This document shows, piece after piece, positions 28,291 through 38,032 of a stretch of 64,000 bases of DNA. A program made the position numbers and the translations under genes. The stretch covers positions 7,238-71,237 of the IMG/VR virus record IMGVR_UViG_3300028601_000032; one strand, given 5' to 3'. Source of the DNA: a virus. Each line of letters begins with the position of its first letter. Position 1 is the first letter of the stretch. The notes below the pieces were generated by a model. That model saw only the letters and a program-made list of their open reading frames with translations, had not been told where the DNA came from and did not search any database.

Positions 28291-28637
28291 GATTCGACCT
28301 CATGCAAAATAATTAAAACTGTATCACCATCCTTGATTTTTTTAAAAAATGGAGTCTTAACCGGAAGCTTACCTGCTTCCAGATAAGTCCTAGGGAGTGA
28401 GGGAAAACACCTTCTTGTATCTTTTCTAATATCATCTTCAAAAACTGAGAAAGAGCCGTCACATATGAGAGTAGGCAATGTTTTCAAAACTATGACTTCT
28501 ATTCTAAGCCCTGGGGCTAGTCTGTTGACAATACTTCTTGCATAGAGTTTTCCTGAACTTCGCTCTGTGTCCGTAATGTCAGAAGATGCTTTCACGATTG
28601 TGTGTTTGATATTTGAAAAAGTGATTTCTGAGGTCAT
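28287..28637 (-). CDS. Hypothetical protein coupled to csf1 (possible AbrB-like C-terminus)
   Basis: Stop overlaps the csf1 start (ATGA); ends KIKDGDTVLIILH. Confidence 0.55.
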   Translation of the reverse strand: MTSEITFSNIKHTIVKASSDITDTERSSGKLYARSIVNRLAPGLRIEVIVLKTLPTLICDGSFSVFEDDIRKDTRRCFPSLPRTYLEAGKLPVKTPFFKKIKDGDTVLIILHEVES

Positions 28638-28694
28638 TTTTCAAACTCACATCCGCATCCCCCTTTCACGCATTTTGCTTTCATTTTTTCCACC

Positions 28695-29081
28695 TCAGCC
28701 CAGGTTTCCACTGAGATAAGCAAGTTCTTCAGTTTCATAGCATTTTGCGTTTGCTCCGTAAGTCGTGGTCTTCCCCTCAACTGAATCGTAGATCAGGAAA
28801 ACCTCTTCATCGAGAGCACTTTCAATGAGGAAACTTTCAGCATCGCTGTCGTCCTCGCCGAAGTTCACGCGAACATAGGTATTTCCTTCATATTTGAGGT
28901 CATAATTGATCCAAATCCAAAAGTTTGAATCTTCTTGTGGTTTCACTGCTTCAACGAAAGGAGTTTTTCTGACTTTTCCGTCCTGAATTTCGTAGTACCC
29001 GAAATCCGCATCTTCAACGTAGTCGTACATGCTTCGGTAGAGTCTTACATTTCGTCCATCTATCGTGATTTCGTTTGTCAT
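28695..29081 (-). CDS. Hypothetical acidic protein, first gene after the internal promoter
   Basis: AGGTGA RBS; TATA upstream. Confidence 0.7.
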   Translation of the reverse strand: MTNEITIDGRNVRLYRSMYDYVEDADFGYYEIQDGKVRKTPFVEAVKPQEDSNFWIWINYDLKYEGNTYVRVNFGEDDSDAESFLIESALDEEVFLIYDSVEGKTTTYGANAKCYETEELAYLSGNLG

Positions 29082-29109
29082 CTTATTTCACCTGTATATA
29101 TTACTATGC

Positions 29110-29134
29110 GTACAAAGTATATAAATGTTTGTAC
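29110..29134 (-). promoter_or_regulatory. Internal promoter of the type IV-B operon with flanking inverted repeat
   Basis: Minus strand gtacaaa-caTTTATATAc-tttgtac. Confidence 0.65.
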
Positions 29135-29153
29135 TCACCAACACCGAAAAAAA

Positions 29154-30479
29154 TTAGATTCTCATTCCTCCCGAACTCGAAGCCCCGACAAACGAAGTTT
29201 CATATACCTGTTGAGAAAGCAGCTTAATAAGCTCATTATAAGCACCGCTCGAAGCATCTACAGCATCATCATGTACGCCCTTCTGAGGAAACGGACACAA
29301 GAAATTAATAAGAGTAGAATTCCAAGGAGCCCGCTTAAGAAATACCAATCCGTTTGATACTGCCCCTGAAAAGCCTCTTGCCCGTATTTCCTTAGAACCT
29401 GAAGACTTTATACCTTGAAAGCCGGTCCCTTGGAAAAGTGTTTTTGCAAAATTAAACACATCGTCCTTCCCGGAAGCTCCGCCTTCCTGTTCCATTCGTT
29501 GAAGTACCTGTGAGCCGTCCATCTTGATAGTTGCCTTAATTACTTCGTCCCTCTGTGCAGGATTTAACCGGACCAGAACCATATCAGCAATATAGAAGAG
29601 TCCGTTAAGTTCTCCCATTAGAACCCCGGCTGTATAGTCTGGATCTTGATAACCATGAGAAGGTTCCGAGGCTGCCATATCCCAGAATCTAACCCACTTT
29701 GTTATTCCTCTTGGGATTTCATCAACAAATTTAAACCACTCTCTTTTAAACATGTTGCCATTTGCAATAATATCCCAATCACCGTATTTTAGTTGGGCTT
29801 TTGTGATTGGATCAAGAGCGTTAAGGGATTCCTCATAAGCGGCCTGATCTATGAAAGGGTTGTCTTCCAGGCTGGCAGGAATAAAGAATCTATCGTTTGC
29901 TTTCATTTCTTCAGGTGATGGAGTGATAAAGCGAGCTTTCACCCACTCATGTCCCACGCCTCCAGGGTTTGAAGCCGCTCTTATCCTGAGAGGGATAACT
30001 GAGTTTTCCAACCTACGAAGCCTGGAAAAAAGATAAGAGTACTGAGTCTCAGAAAATTGAGTAAGTTCATCAAAGGCGATAAACTGGAACTCCGCACCTT
30101 GGTATCTGTACTTGTCATTTTCATGTTCAAGATATCCGAATGTTAGTGTAGCACCTGAAGGAAATTTCCAAGTCTTTGTTTGTTCATTCCATTTTGCATC
30201 TGAATTTCTAAGCCATTCATTGGCCCTATCCATTATAGCGCCAGGGAGGGACAGATCTGCATAAGAACGCCTTAAAATGAGAGCTGAATATTTTGGTTCC
30301 GAAACATACTGAAGGGCGGCCATTAAGATGGTGCTGGACTTGCCTCCTCCTGCTTGCCCCCCGAATAAGCCTTCCTTTTCGGTTCGCTGTAAAAAAAGAG
30401 ATTGTTTATAAGTAGGATCTTGAGGGAGATATTTATTATCTAAAACAGTTCCTATGAAAGTATTGTCATCAAGAACCAT
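29154..30479 (-). CDS. terL: Terminase large subunit
   Basis: Walker A GGQAGGGKS, Walker B FDELTQF, nuclease motifs RFWDMA, DYTAG, HDDAVDA. Confidence 0.95.
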   Translation of the reverse strand: MVLDDNTFIGTVLDNKYLPQDPTYKQSLFLQRTEKEGLFGGQAGGGKSSTILMAALQYVSEPKYSALILRRSYADLSLPGAIMDRANEWLRNSDAKWNEQTKTWKFPSGATLTFGYLEHENDKYRYQGAEFQFIAFDELTQFSETQYSYLFSRLRRLENSVIPLRIRAASNPGGVGHEWVKARFITPSPEEMKANDRFFIPASLEDNPFIDQAAYEESLNALDPITKAQLKYGDWDIIANGNMFKREWFKFVDEIPRGITKWVRFWDMAASEPSHGYQDPDYTAGVLMGELNGLFYIADMVLVRLNPAQRDEVIKATIKMDGSQVLQRMEQEGGASGKDDVFNFAKTLFQGTGFQGIKSSGSKEIRARGFSGAVSNGLVFLKRAPWNSTLINFLCPFPQKGVHDDAVDASSGAYNELIKLLSQQVYETSFVGASSSGGMRI

Positions 30480-30963
30480 TTAAAATCCCCATTTCCTTAT
30501 AACGTTGGATTTTATCTTTAAGAGTAAGGTTATTATTTGTTACATTAATTAGAGTTCCGCCGGGATTAATTACAGTTTGTCCCTGGTTTACAGATAATTT
30601 ACCTAAACGTTTGTCGAGACTGTCAAGCGCATTATTAGCCTCCTTGAATGCTAACACCCTAGCATGTTCATTTTCTGCGCACTGAGCGAGTCCTAAGAGC
30701 CCGTCTATAACCTGCTTGCGTTGTTCAATAGTTGAGATTTCAGCCTCTACAACTTTAGCCTTAAGTTGTGATTTGCTTTCGACAATTTCAGCCGTGTATT
30801 TTTCATCTGATTTCAAAAAAGAGAATACTGAATCCTTGCTTATTTTGTGTCCTGATTCTGTCGTTAAAGTGTCGGCAATGTCTCTTAATGATAACCCATT
30901 TTCATTAAGTTCTCTTGTCCTTTGTTCAAGGTTATATTTGTTGATTCTGTTAACGGCTGACAT
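30469..30963 (-). CDS. Probable terminase small subunit
   Basis: N-terminal HTH (LSLRDIADTL) and coiled coil; overlaps terL start. Confidence 0.7.
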   Translation of the reverse strand: MSAVNRINKYNLEQRTRELNENGLSLRDIADTLTTESGHKISKDSVFSFLKSDEKYTAEIVESKSQLKAKVVEAEISTIEQRKQVIDGLLGLAQCAENEHARVLAFKEANNALDSLDKRLGKLSVNQGQTVINPGGTLINVTNNNLTLKDKIQRYKEMGILNGS

Positions 30964-31163
30964 TGTTTAGTCCTGTCTTGAATTGTCGGGGGTTGTCGAG
31001 ATATATTTCAGTGGTATCAAATATAAATGAAAATTGTTAACTCATAACCTTCCGATAAATATAAGCCCGCTCACCAACTGCAATCCCAGCAGTGCAATCT
31101 GCATCCTTGAATGAAAATTCGCAAGAATCGCATTTTGTCTCTTCCTCGCCGGTGAATCGGTGA

Positions 31164-31500
31164 TTACACCCTATTATCTTGTAGGTGATTGATTTTTTCA
31201 ATTTGTGTCACCTTTGAGAGTCTAACTGATGGATCTGTTTCTAATGTGGTATTACATTGAGCGAGAACGTCCTCTGTGACCTCTATGATAATTGCTGTGA
31301 TATCTGCGTCTGATAGTGTACCTGTGTATACAAGAGTTTCCAACATTGCTACCCTAGCCTCATCATATGTATTTTTCGTAATTATAATCCCGCGCTCTTT
31401 GCATTCGGCTTTGAATTTTCCTGTACCGAATCCCGCGCTCTTTGCATTCGGCTTTGAAAATTCCTGTACCATACTCGCGTGATATTGTCCATTCTACCAT
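31164..31500 (-). CDS. Small gene with an internal 43-bp duplication (HicB-like N-terminus in the pre-duplication frame)
   Basis: The ATG at 31500 frame joins the 31164 frame only if one repeat copy is removed; the alternative ATG at 31472 gives a 102-aa product. Confidence 0.5.
31386..31470. repeat. Tandem duplication, period 43 bp, 2 mismatches
   Basis: aatcccgcgctctttgcattcggctttgaa(tt/aa)ttcctgtacc at 31386 and 31429. Confidence 0.95.
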
Positions 31501-31757
31501 TTTATCAACTCCACTAAAATCCCTGGTAAATCCCATCCCATTAAATGAGCTACTACTCCAAAAACAGCCATCATCCAGATAATAATAAAATAACGTGCGT
31601 GCATCTTATCATTTCTTTTGAGATTGATTATTATAAACGGAATGAATCCCAAGCTGAAAAGTATATTAGCATGAAAAGCAAGCCCGAACATGCACATTAA
31701 ACTAGCAAGGATGTTCGGAGTAGAAAGAAGGAATTCTAATTTTTCATGCTGGTTCAT
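31494..31757 (-). CDS. Small membrane protein (about 3 TM)
   Basis: Hydrophobic segments throughout. Confidence 0.6.
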   Translation of the reverse strand: MNQHEKLEFLLSTPNILASLMCMFGLAFHANILFSLGFIPFIIINLKRNDKMHARYFIIIWMMAVFGVVAHLMGWDLPGILVELIKW

Positions 31758-31762
31758 GCTGC

Positions 31763-31978
31763 TCAGTCGTCCGTTTCGGTATCGTCTTCTTCGATATATT
31801 CATCAAAATCAATTTCATCTCGCTTTTTCCCTGCAAAAGTCCTTTCTACGTAATCAGGATGTCTCGACGGGAACGGGTTTGCGAGAGGTGTTGAGAAGAC
31901 ATAAGCTTCCTTCGGGGGGTAGGTCATTTTGAAGGACATTGTTCGACCTCCCTGAGTGGACCGGCTGCATTCCCGCAA
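31763..31978 (-). CDS. Hypothetical protein
   Basis: Likely start at MSFKMTYP after a GGAGG RBS. Confidence 0.5.
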   Translation of the reverse strand: MRECSRSTQGGRTMSFKMTYPPKEAYVFSTPLANPFPSRHPDYVERTFAGKKRDEIDFDEYIEEDDTETDD

Positions 31979-32155
31979 TAAACGAATGTTGGAATGTTTT
32001 GGATTGTGTTCTCGAAAAGAGTTTGTTGTTTAGACTGTTGGTTCATATTGTGGCTCCGACATACATTTAATTATTTATACTGATAGAGTTATAAAGTTGA
32101 ATTATATTTATATACTAGATTCCTGAAAATCTCTTATTATTGATTATTATTTAGA

Positions 32156-32469
32156 AAAATGTACACTACTACTACTGTACATTTTTACTCTAACTATATC
32201 TATACATCTGTGGAGTAGAAACACCCCTTTTTTAAGTATATAAACAATTTCTTTTTTCATTATGTATCGCTCCATTTCCATTAGAACATTTTTAGCAGTT
32301 TTCGTTTAGACTGTTGCCTACAGTAACATATTATTAAAACTGTACATTTCTTTTAAAACTGTACATTTATTGGCACTTTTTGGTTCAAAACTGTACATTT
32401 TTTAGATAAATGTACAGTTCAAATTTAGTTTAAACTGTACACTTTTATTTTTTTATTAGTGTACAGTTT
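32156..32469. repeat. Iteron-like cluster, candidate viral replication origin
   Basis: AAAACTGTACATTT direct copies at 32336, 32355, 32387; variants at 32174, 32432; inverted copies at about 32156, 32408, 32458; AT-rich; abuts the mcm 3' end. Confidence 0.7.
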
Positions 32470-32479
32470 AATTTTGTAA

Positions 32480-34600
32480 TTATACAGTTTTCCACGCTCC
32501 GTTATCAATCTGGTATATTCTTCCCTTCTGTGACAGTCTCTTTAAATACTCCTTTGTTGTGCTCTCGTTGACTCCGGCCTTTCTCATCTCGTTTATTACA
32601 TCCATTTCATACGAAAAGTCTTTAATACATTTCAATAACAATTCCGTTTTTTCAACTTGACTTTTTGACTTCCCAAGATACGACACCCCGGCATCAAGAT
32701 ATCCGTCTTCATTCATCCCTACCTGCTTCAGAGATTCAATCATAAGCCTCTTCGCTGCCTTCACGTCATCATAAGTAATCACATTTGATAATCTCATTCT
32801 CGCGTGTGCCTCTGAGAGCCTCTGTAAGTCTTCTATACTCCGAGGAGTGATTGGTACAGGAGAATCCTGTTTTGCTCCTTTCATGCGCCTCACGTCGAGG
32901 TAAAACCCTTTCATTTCTTCTATCATTTCCTCAGTGGCAACCGGAAAAATGTACATTCTCGAATACGCAATATACTTTCTCAAAAGCTCTTCCGAAATCG
33001 GAGCTTCAATGCTTTTTATTGCTTCCTGAACTTCACTTTCTGTAAATTCTGGATTTTTCGCGCGCTCCCTATTCTGAACCATTCCCCCAATACGGTGATT
33101 TTTCAAAATATGAGAAGCTATAGCCGAATCCTTTTCATCTTCTGGAGTATCCAACATTATAAACGATAATGCAACTCTTGACCATAATGCAGGAGGAATC
33201 CCCATCTGTTTTGCATAATCCTTGTCATTTTGGTCAAAATACCCGTTAACAGGGTTTCCCGCCATCAAAATAGCACATTCAGCTCTCAGGGTCGTAACAT
33301 TCCCGGCTTTTGCTACGCTGATTGATCCATTTTCCATCACTTCATGGAGCGCGCTTTTATCGTCTTCTCGCGCCTGCCCGATTTCATCTATCGCAAGAAT
33401 CCCACCTGATGCCATGACAGCCGCCCCACCTTCAAGTGTCCACGCACCATCATTTAGTGGATCTTTAACCGCTGCCGCAGTAAGCCCTGCCGCGCTCGTT
33501 TGCCTCCCACTCGCATAAATCCCACGCGGTGAAATCTGCACGACCCGCCTTAAGAATCTGGTTTTTGCTCCTCCGGGATCTCCTATCAGTTGTTCATGGA
33601 TTTCCCCACGCTGTATAGTTCCATCAGGAAGTATTTTTTTAACTCCTCCAAATAACTGAAGTGCAAGAGCTTCTTTAATATCCTCATTTCCATATATGGA
33701 AGGTGCTATACTTTGAATTATTTTAGTTTCGACATCAGGATCTTTTGATAATTGTATAATTTCGTCTTCATCAGACTGTGTTAATATATATTCATCGAAC
33801 CCCATGTCTTTCTTCTCAATCGACAGCGCATATATAATCTTTTCATTAATCGTAGACCTGCTTCCACTCGCATATTTAGGTTTTAATTTTAAGATACCTA
33901 CAACTGTAATCCTATCTCCAGGCTTTACGACATTTGTAAGATCTTCTTCACATTCTACAATTATATCTTGTGTCTTCGTGCCGGTTGTCGAGTCTGGCAA
34001 TTCCTGAATTTTCAACCGCTGAGCGTCCACATACCCATCAGACGTTTCTACTTCTGTGAACGGCCCCTTTTTCCCACACGTTTCATCTTCGCAATACGTT
34101 GGTTCAATAAACTTCCCGCCGGATTGATACACTTTCGTGACGTGCCCGCATCGGAGACATTCAAAAAGAGAGTACACACTTTTAGGTTCTGCATCCGAAA
34201 CAAGTCTGGCATACCCATCAACGCAAACAAGTTTCCCAATGTCCTTTTTTCCAAGGTCCTGTATAGACTGTTTCAACGCAGGAATAACAGAAGTTATCCT
34301 AATTTTAACAGTTTCAAGGAGTTCATCAGTATCATTCCGAAACTTCATAACTCCACTGTCAACTAATGCTTGTTTCAGAATGGGTTCAATCTTGTAAAAT
34401 TTATTCTCAATCGCATATGCAAGACCGGGGCTGAACTTCAAAACGTCGACGTGTTTGATATATAACGATGTTTTGTCTGGATATTCAGAAGCAAGTGTAT
34501 AAAGTTCATCCGCGCAGTACGTTTCTATAAAGTCCGATATATCCTTTAAATATGGAATTTTAACTCCAATATCTGCAAGATCCCACAGATCACGCTCCAA
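32480..34600 (-). CDS. mcm: MCM replicative helicase
   Basis: Zn finger CLRC..CEDETC, Walker A GDPGGAKT, GLTAA, IDEIG, Arg finger LWSR, RSIEDLQRLSEAHARMRL. Confidence 0.97.
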   Translation of the reverse strand: MERDLWDLADIGVKIPYLKDISDFIETYCADELYTLASEYPDKTSLYIKHVDVLKFSPGLAYAIENKFYKIEPILKQALVDSGVMKFRNDTDELLETVKIRITSVIPALKQSIQDLGKKDIGKLVCVDGYARLVSDAEPKSVYSLFECLRCGHVTKVYQSGGKFIEPTYCEDETCGKKGPFTEVETSDGYVDAQRLKIQELPDSTTGTKTQDIIVECEEDLTNVVKPGDRITVVGILKLKPKYASGSRSTINEKIIYALSIEKKDMGFDEYILTQSDEDEIIQLSKDPDVETKIIQSIAPSIYGNEDIKEALALQLFGGVKKILPDGTIQRGEIHEQLIGDPGGAKTRFLRRVVQISPRGIYASGRQTSAAGLTAAAVKDPLNDGAWTLEGGAAVMASGGILAIDEIGQAREDDKSALHEVMENGSISVAKAGNVTTLRAECAILMAGNPVNGYFDQNDKDYAKQMGIPPALWSRVALSFIMLDTPEDEKDSAIASHILKNHRIGGMVQNRERAKNPEFTESEVQEAIKSIEAPISEELLRKYIAYSRMYIFPVATEEMIEEMKGFYLDVRRMKGAKQDSPVPITPRSIEDLQRLSEAHARMRLSNVITYDDVKAAKRLMIESLKQVGMNEDGYLDAGVSYLGKSKSQVEKTELLLKCIKDFSYEMDVINEMRKAGVNESTTKEYLKRLSQKGRIYQIDNGAWKTV

Positions 34601-35129
34601 CTATCTCACCCTCTAAAAGATTGTATGCAATTCTTACAGCTTCATCATCTGAGGGTTTGGGCGTGGGTCTTCTTGGAAAAACAGTTTCAAGTTTATGCTT
34701 ATCAAGCCTTGTTGTATCAATATTTACAAGGCTCTCGATCATAGTTCTCTTATTCAAAATAGTAACATTGTCCCAGATTTCTATAATCCGGTGTGCCAAA
34801 ATCTGAACATTATTATTCTGCTCTGCTGCATCTGAAAGTTTAGCTTCCCGACTTGCTTCCATCATACGAAGCTGTTCTAATCGCATTCTTTCTTTTTGCT
34901 CAAGGGCAGCCCGTTGGGTTTTAATCTCTTCGATATCCTGCCTTATTATATCTTCTTCATTTTCTTCAAGCCCTAAAAGAATCCTGGCCCCAAGCTCCAA
35001 AGCCATAGTACAGGATATCAGCTTCCCGCCGTGTCTCTTCCCTGCTTTCCTCGCTGCCAAAAGTGCTTGATGTAGTTCAACGTCAGCAAGTACAGTAAAC
35101 GTTTCTTTTTGTGTGGCTCCGACTTTCAT
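34590..35129 (-). CDS. Coiled-coil protein coupled to mcm (possible initiator/loader)
   Basis: Overlaps the mcm start; function inferred from position only. Confidence 0.5.
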   Translation of the reverse strand: MKVGATQKETFTVLADVELHQALLAARKAGKRHGGKLISCTMALELGARILLGLEENEEDIIRQDIEEIKTQRAALEQKERMRLEQLRMMEASREAKLSDAAEQNNNVQILAHRIIEIWDNVTILNKRTMIESLVNIDTTRLDKHKLETVFPRRPTPKPSDDEAVRIAYNLLEGEIVGA

Positions 35130-35147
35130 AAAAAAGACCTCTACAGT

Positions 35148-35309
35148 TTAAGCTTTTGTTTCCTGTCCCATCCCAACCTCGGACAATTTCGCATTTATAG
35201 CGTCCTGCGCTATCTTACTTACATTTAATTTAAAGTACTCATTTGCTTTATTATACTCATCAATCCGGGTTTTAATCTCATCTGGAACCCATATATTCAT
35301 TCTCGGCAT
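35148..35309 (-). CDS. Ribbon-helix-helix (CopG-like) regulator (53 aa, not in ORF track)
   Basis: MPRMNIWVPDEIKTRIDEY...LNVSKIAQDAI; GGAGGT RBS. Confidence 0.75.
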   Translation of the reverse strand: MPRMNIWVPDEIKTRIDEYNKANEYFKLNVSKIAQDAINAKLSEVGMGQETKA

Positions 35310-35456
35310 TGATTTACCTCCATTGGTGTATATTGTGTATATTACACAATACTATATAAAACTTACTGACAATCAAAAAAATAATATAAAAAAGTTAGTT
35401 ATAAAAAAGAATTTTCTCCGTAAAATGCTTTATTATCTCTGTTTACTTCTATTATT

Positions 35457-36113
35457 TTACTCCACCACCCATCTTTTAATATTTGGTTTTTCCCCATGCT
35501 CAAACCTTGCGGATTTGGCGGCTCTATATGCTTGTATAAGAGAAACATGATTATAATCTATTTTTCTTTTTCCAAAATAATAAGGATTTGTGCTTTTACT
35601 CCACTCATCATTACATACAAAATCGTAGCCCCCCATGTCTATTTTTATGTTTGAGTTTATAGGCTCTACTCTGTGATCCTCCATAGAATTCCTAAGTTCT
35701 TCTATGTTTTTGCACCACCCCGGATTACAAAATCCAAATCTAACATTGCTAGAATTCACCTGTACGTATCCCTCGCTCCCTTGCCGTATTATGTATGTAG
35801 ATTTTCCAAGGTTCTCACCTGGCAATCCCCAAAAAAGAATCCCTACATTTCCAGTTTTAGATTCTAATTCTACTACTTTCAATACCTCGTCTAAAGACGG
35901 TTTCTCTCCTTTGATCTCAATCCAACATTTATATTCTGGAAGCCAAAAATCAGGTAAATACCACCCATTGACACCAAGATCGTACCCCTCTTTTTCATAC
36001 TCGTACTTAATCCCCAGAGTATCAAAGAAAACAGCCCACCGAGCTTCTAACCTGCTTCTAAAACGATACCCATTATAAACAGTTTCAATCGGCTTTAGAT
36101 CCATTCGCCTCAC
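35457..36113 (-). CDS. PD-(D/E)xK nuclease-like phage protein
   Basis: FRSRLEARWA..YLPDF..IEIKG. Confidence 0.8.
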   Translation of the reverse strand: MRRMDLKPIETVYNGYRFRSRLEARWAVFFDTLGIKYEYEKEGYDLGVNGWYLPDFWLPEYKCWIEIKGEKPSLDEVLKVVELESKTGNVGILFWGLPGENLGKSTYIIRQGSEGYVQVNSSNVRFGFCNPGWCKNIEELRNSMEDHRVEPINSNIKIDMGGYDFVCNDEWSKSTNPYYFGKRKIDYNHVSLIQAYRAAKSARFEHGEKPNIKRWVVE

Positions 36114-36244
36114 TCCAATGGATCAATTAACAAAATCTTAACCCGCTTGTCTATCCATTCAACGGGTAAATACACATGAGCGGAACTACCTGATTTTTTC
36201 ACTACCTTCTCTCTAGTGTCATACGCTTCTAGTTTTATTTCCAT
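36110..36244 (-). CDS. DUF2080-family small protein (44 aa, not in ORF track)
   Basis: EKVVKKSGSSAHVYLPVEWIDKRVKILL. Confidence 0.75.
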   Translation of the reverse strand: MEIKLEAYDTREKVVKKSGSSAHVYLPVEWIDKRVKILLIDPLE

Positions 36245-36898
36245 AGCATTTATTATATATCTATATTATAAATACTTATTCACTTCTACAAAAATAATAT
36301 AATAATCACTCTTATATTTTTAAATCCACAACATGCCGCAACTCACCAAAACCACCACCTTCTCTTTTTTCCCGCCCCCCTCTTCCAAAGCTTTCTGATT
36401 TATGAGAGTCTGAACCTGCAAGAAATAATTATTGTAAGTTACACAGTTAGAACAGATAAAAAGACTTTACATGCCTAATTATCAAAAATCGAGTTTGAGA
36501 GGATTATTATAAGACTTGAAAAAATAGTAATGTTAGTTTCATATGTATATATTATCCTACCAAACATATTAATATGAGAGGGGAGGTAATTATCACTTGC
36601 AGGTGTAAAATCTTGCAAAATAGGAGGAACAGGAAGCGGCATGTTTTCAAAGGGTGGCTCCGACTGAACTTTAGCCGTTTCCTGCCTATCTGACTCGTTT
36701 TTTATGTGGAAGAGAAAAAGGGTTTAGCCGTTTTTATGAGGAGGTTTGAAAAGTCCTTTTATCGGGGTAGATTCTAGGACATGTTACGATACTCTTCAAC
36801 AGTATATAAACTTTTTTGAATATGTTAAATTATATATATTGTCATTGGGTTAATAAAATAGCCGCCCCGGTCTGTGTAAGGGCATTTCTTTTTTACGA

Positions 36899-37906
36899 TC
36901 ATGCTGACACACCCAATGCCCCACAAACCGCCTTGTACTCTGCCTCAAGCATATCCTTCTTCTTCATGAGTTCCGCTCGATCGTCTCGCATGTCGAGCTT
37001 CAGAAGCTCCACGTAGTTCAGCTTAAGCCATTCCTCAATTCCTGCCCTATACTCCTCACATGCCGCCTCTCTGCTGCCCCTCCAAACAATCTGGAAGCCC
37101 TTTTCTAGACATTGACTCAAAATTCTTTTCTTCGTGGTCCTAATCCGTTGTAACTCACTACCATCCCTCTTTCGCGGGGAGAATCCTTCGTGACACTTGA
37201 AGTCAGGACCCGGATAAAACTCCAATATCTGCAATGTCCGAGGGCAGAAATACTCTCCAGAATCCATCTTTTGACGGTGTACCTCGCAAAACTTACATGT
37301 TTTGGGCCACGTAGGCAGGAAGTTCAGGAATTCGTCTTCTGTGCATTCAAGATCAAAACGGAAAATAGTAAACCTTGGATCTGCACGGAACCTCTCAAAC
37401 TCTTCATATAGGTTCTTCCGGTGGTCCCGGTCCATGAGAGTACCGTAAAGGTCTTCTAATGTCTTTCTTTCCCGGCACACAGGATACCAAACGCCTAGGC
37501 TTGGAATATGCGCGTTATAGTCCCCTACCTGCTTATATGGCCATTTCTTCGGGTCATACTGCTTCATTGGTTCGGTCTGACATCTTAATTCATCAGCCGA
37601 GTTTTCAAGCCCCTCATTGCTGGCAACCTGGGCAGTAATAGGTATTCTGGAAGCCCACATCTTTTTTAAGTAGCTCATGGACCGTTCTTTCTGTTCAAGT
37701 TCCTTCAGGGTCGATTCGTCTTCTGGATTTGCTTCGCAGTATGCTTTCAGGAGCTGGATAGTCGGATAGAGTTTTCGGATTTCGGATTCGTAATATTCAT
37801 AAGTGTAATGCCGTCTTGCCATCAAACTGCCTCCTTCGGGCAACTCGACATCATACGAGGAGATAAACCGGTTTCGGAGCAAACCGGCTTCCTGAACTTC
37901 GCACAA
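36899..37906 (-). CDS. Hypothetical Cys-containing protein
   Basis: Long ORF with CKFC..C..C; no family recognised. Confidence 0.7.
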   Translation of the reverse strand: MCEVQEAGLLRNRFISSYDVELPEGGSLMARRHYTYEYYESEIRKLYPTIQLLKAYCEANPEDESTLKELEQKERSMSYLKKMWASRIPITAQVASNEGLENSADELRCQTEPMKQYDPKKWPYKQVGDYNAHIPSLGVWYPVCRERKTLEDLYGTLMDRDHRKNLYEEFERFRADPRFTIFRFDLECTEDEFLNFLPTWPKTCKFCEVHRQKMDSGEYFCPRTLQILEFYPGPDFKCHEGFSPRKRDGSELQRIRTTKKRILSQCLEKGFQIVWRGSREAACEEYRAGIEEWLKLNYVELLKLDMRDDRAELMKKKDMLEAEYKAVCGALGVSA

Positions 37907-38032
37907 CTCACCATTACAAGTTTATTGCAGCCCATTTCTCGACATATACAAACGGTCAGCACTCAGAAAGCCCCCTGCCGCCGACCCTTCGATCTGATCT
38001 CAACAACCTCCCCCTTACACCCCTTAACTTCT

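Noticed and set aside
21990-31200. CRISPR array or mini-array near the csf genes
   Set aside because: No repeat-spacer periodicity seen in the flanking gaps or elsewhere by eye; ATTGAAAC/GTTTCAAT hits are single and mostly inside ORFs. A computational scan is still advisable.
31473-31496. Pyrrolysine/amber readthrough fusing 31494-31757 with 31164-31472
   Set aside because: The frames do align, but this is more simply a by-product of the 43-bp duplication.
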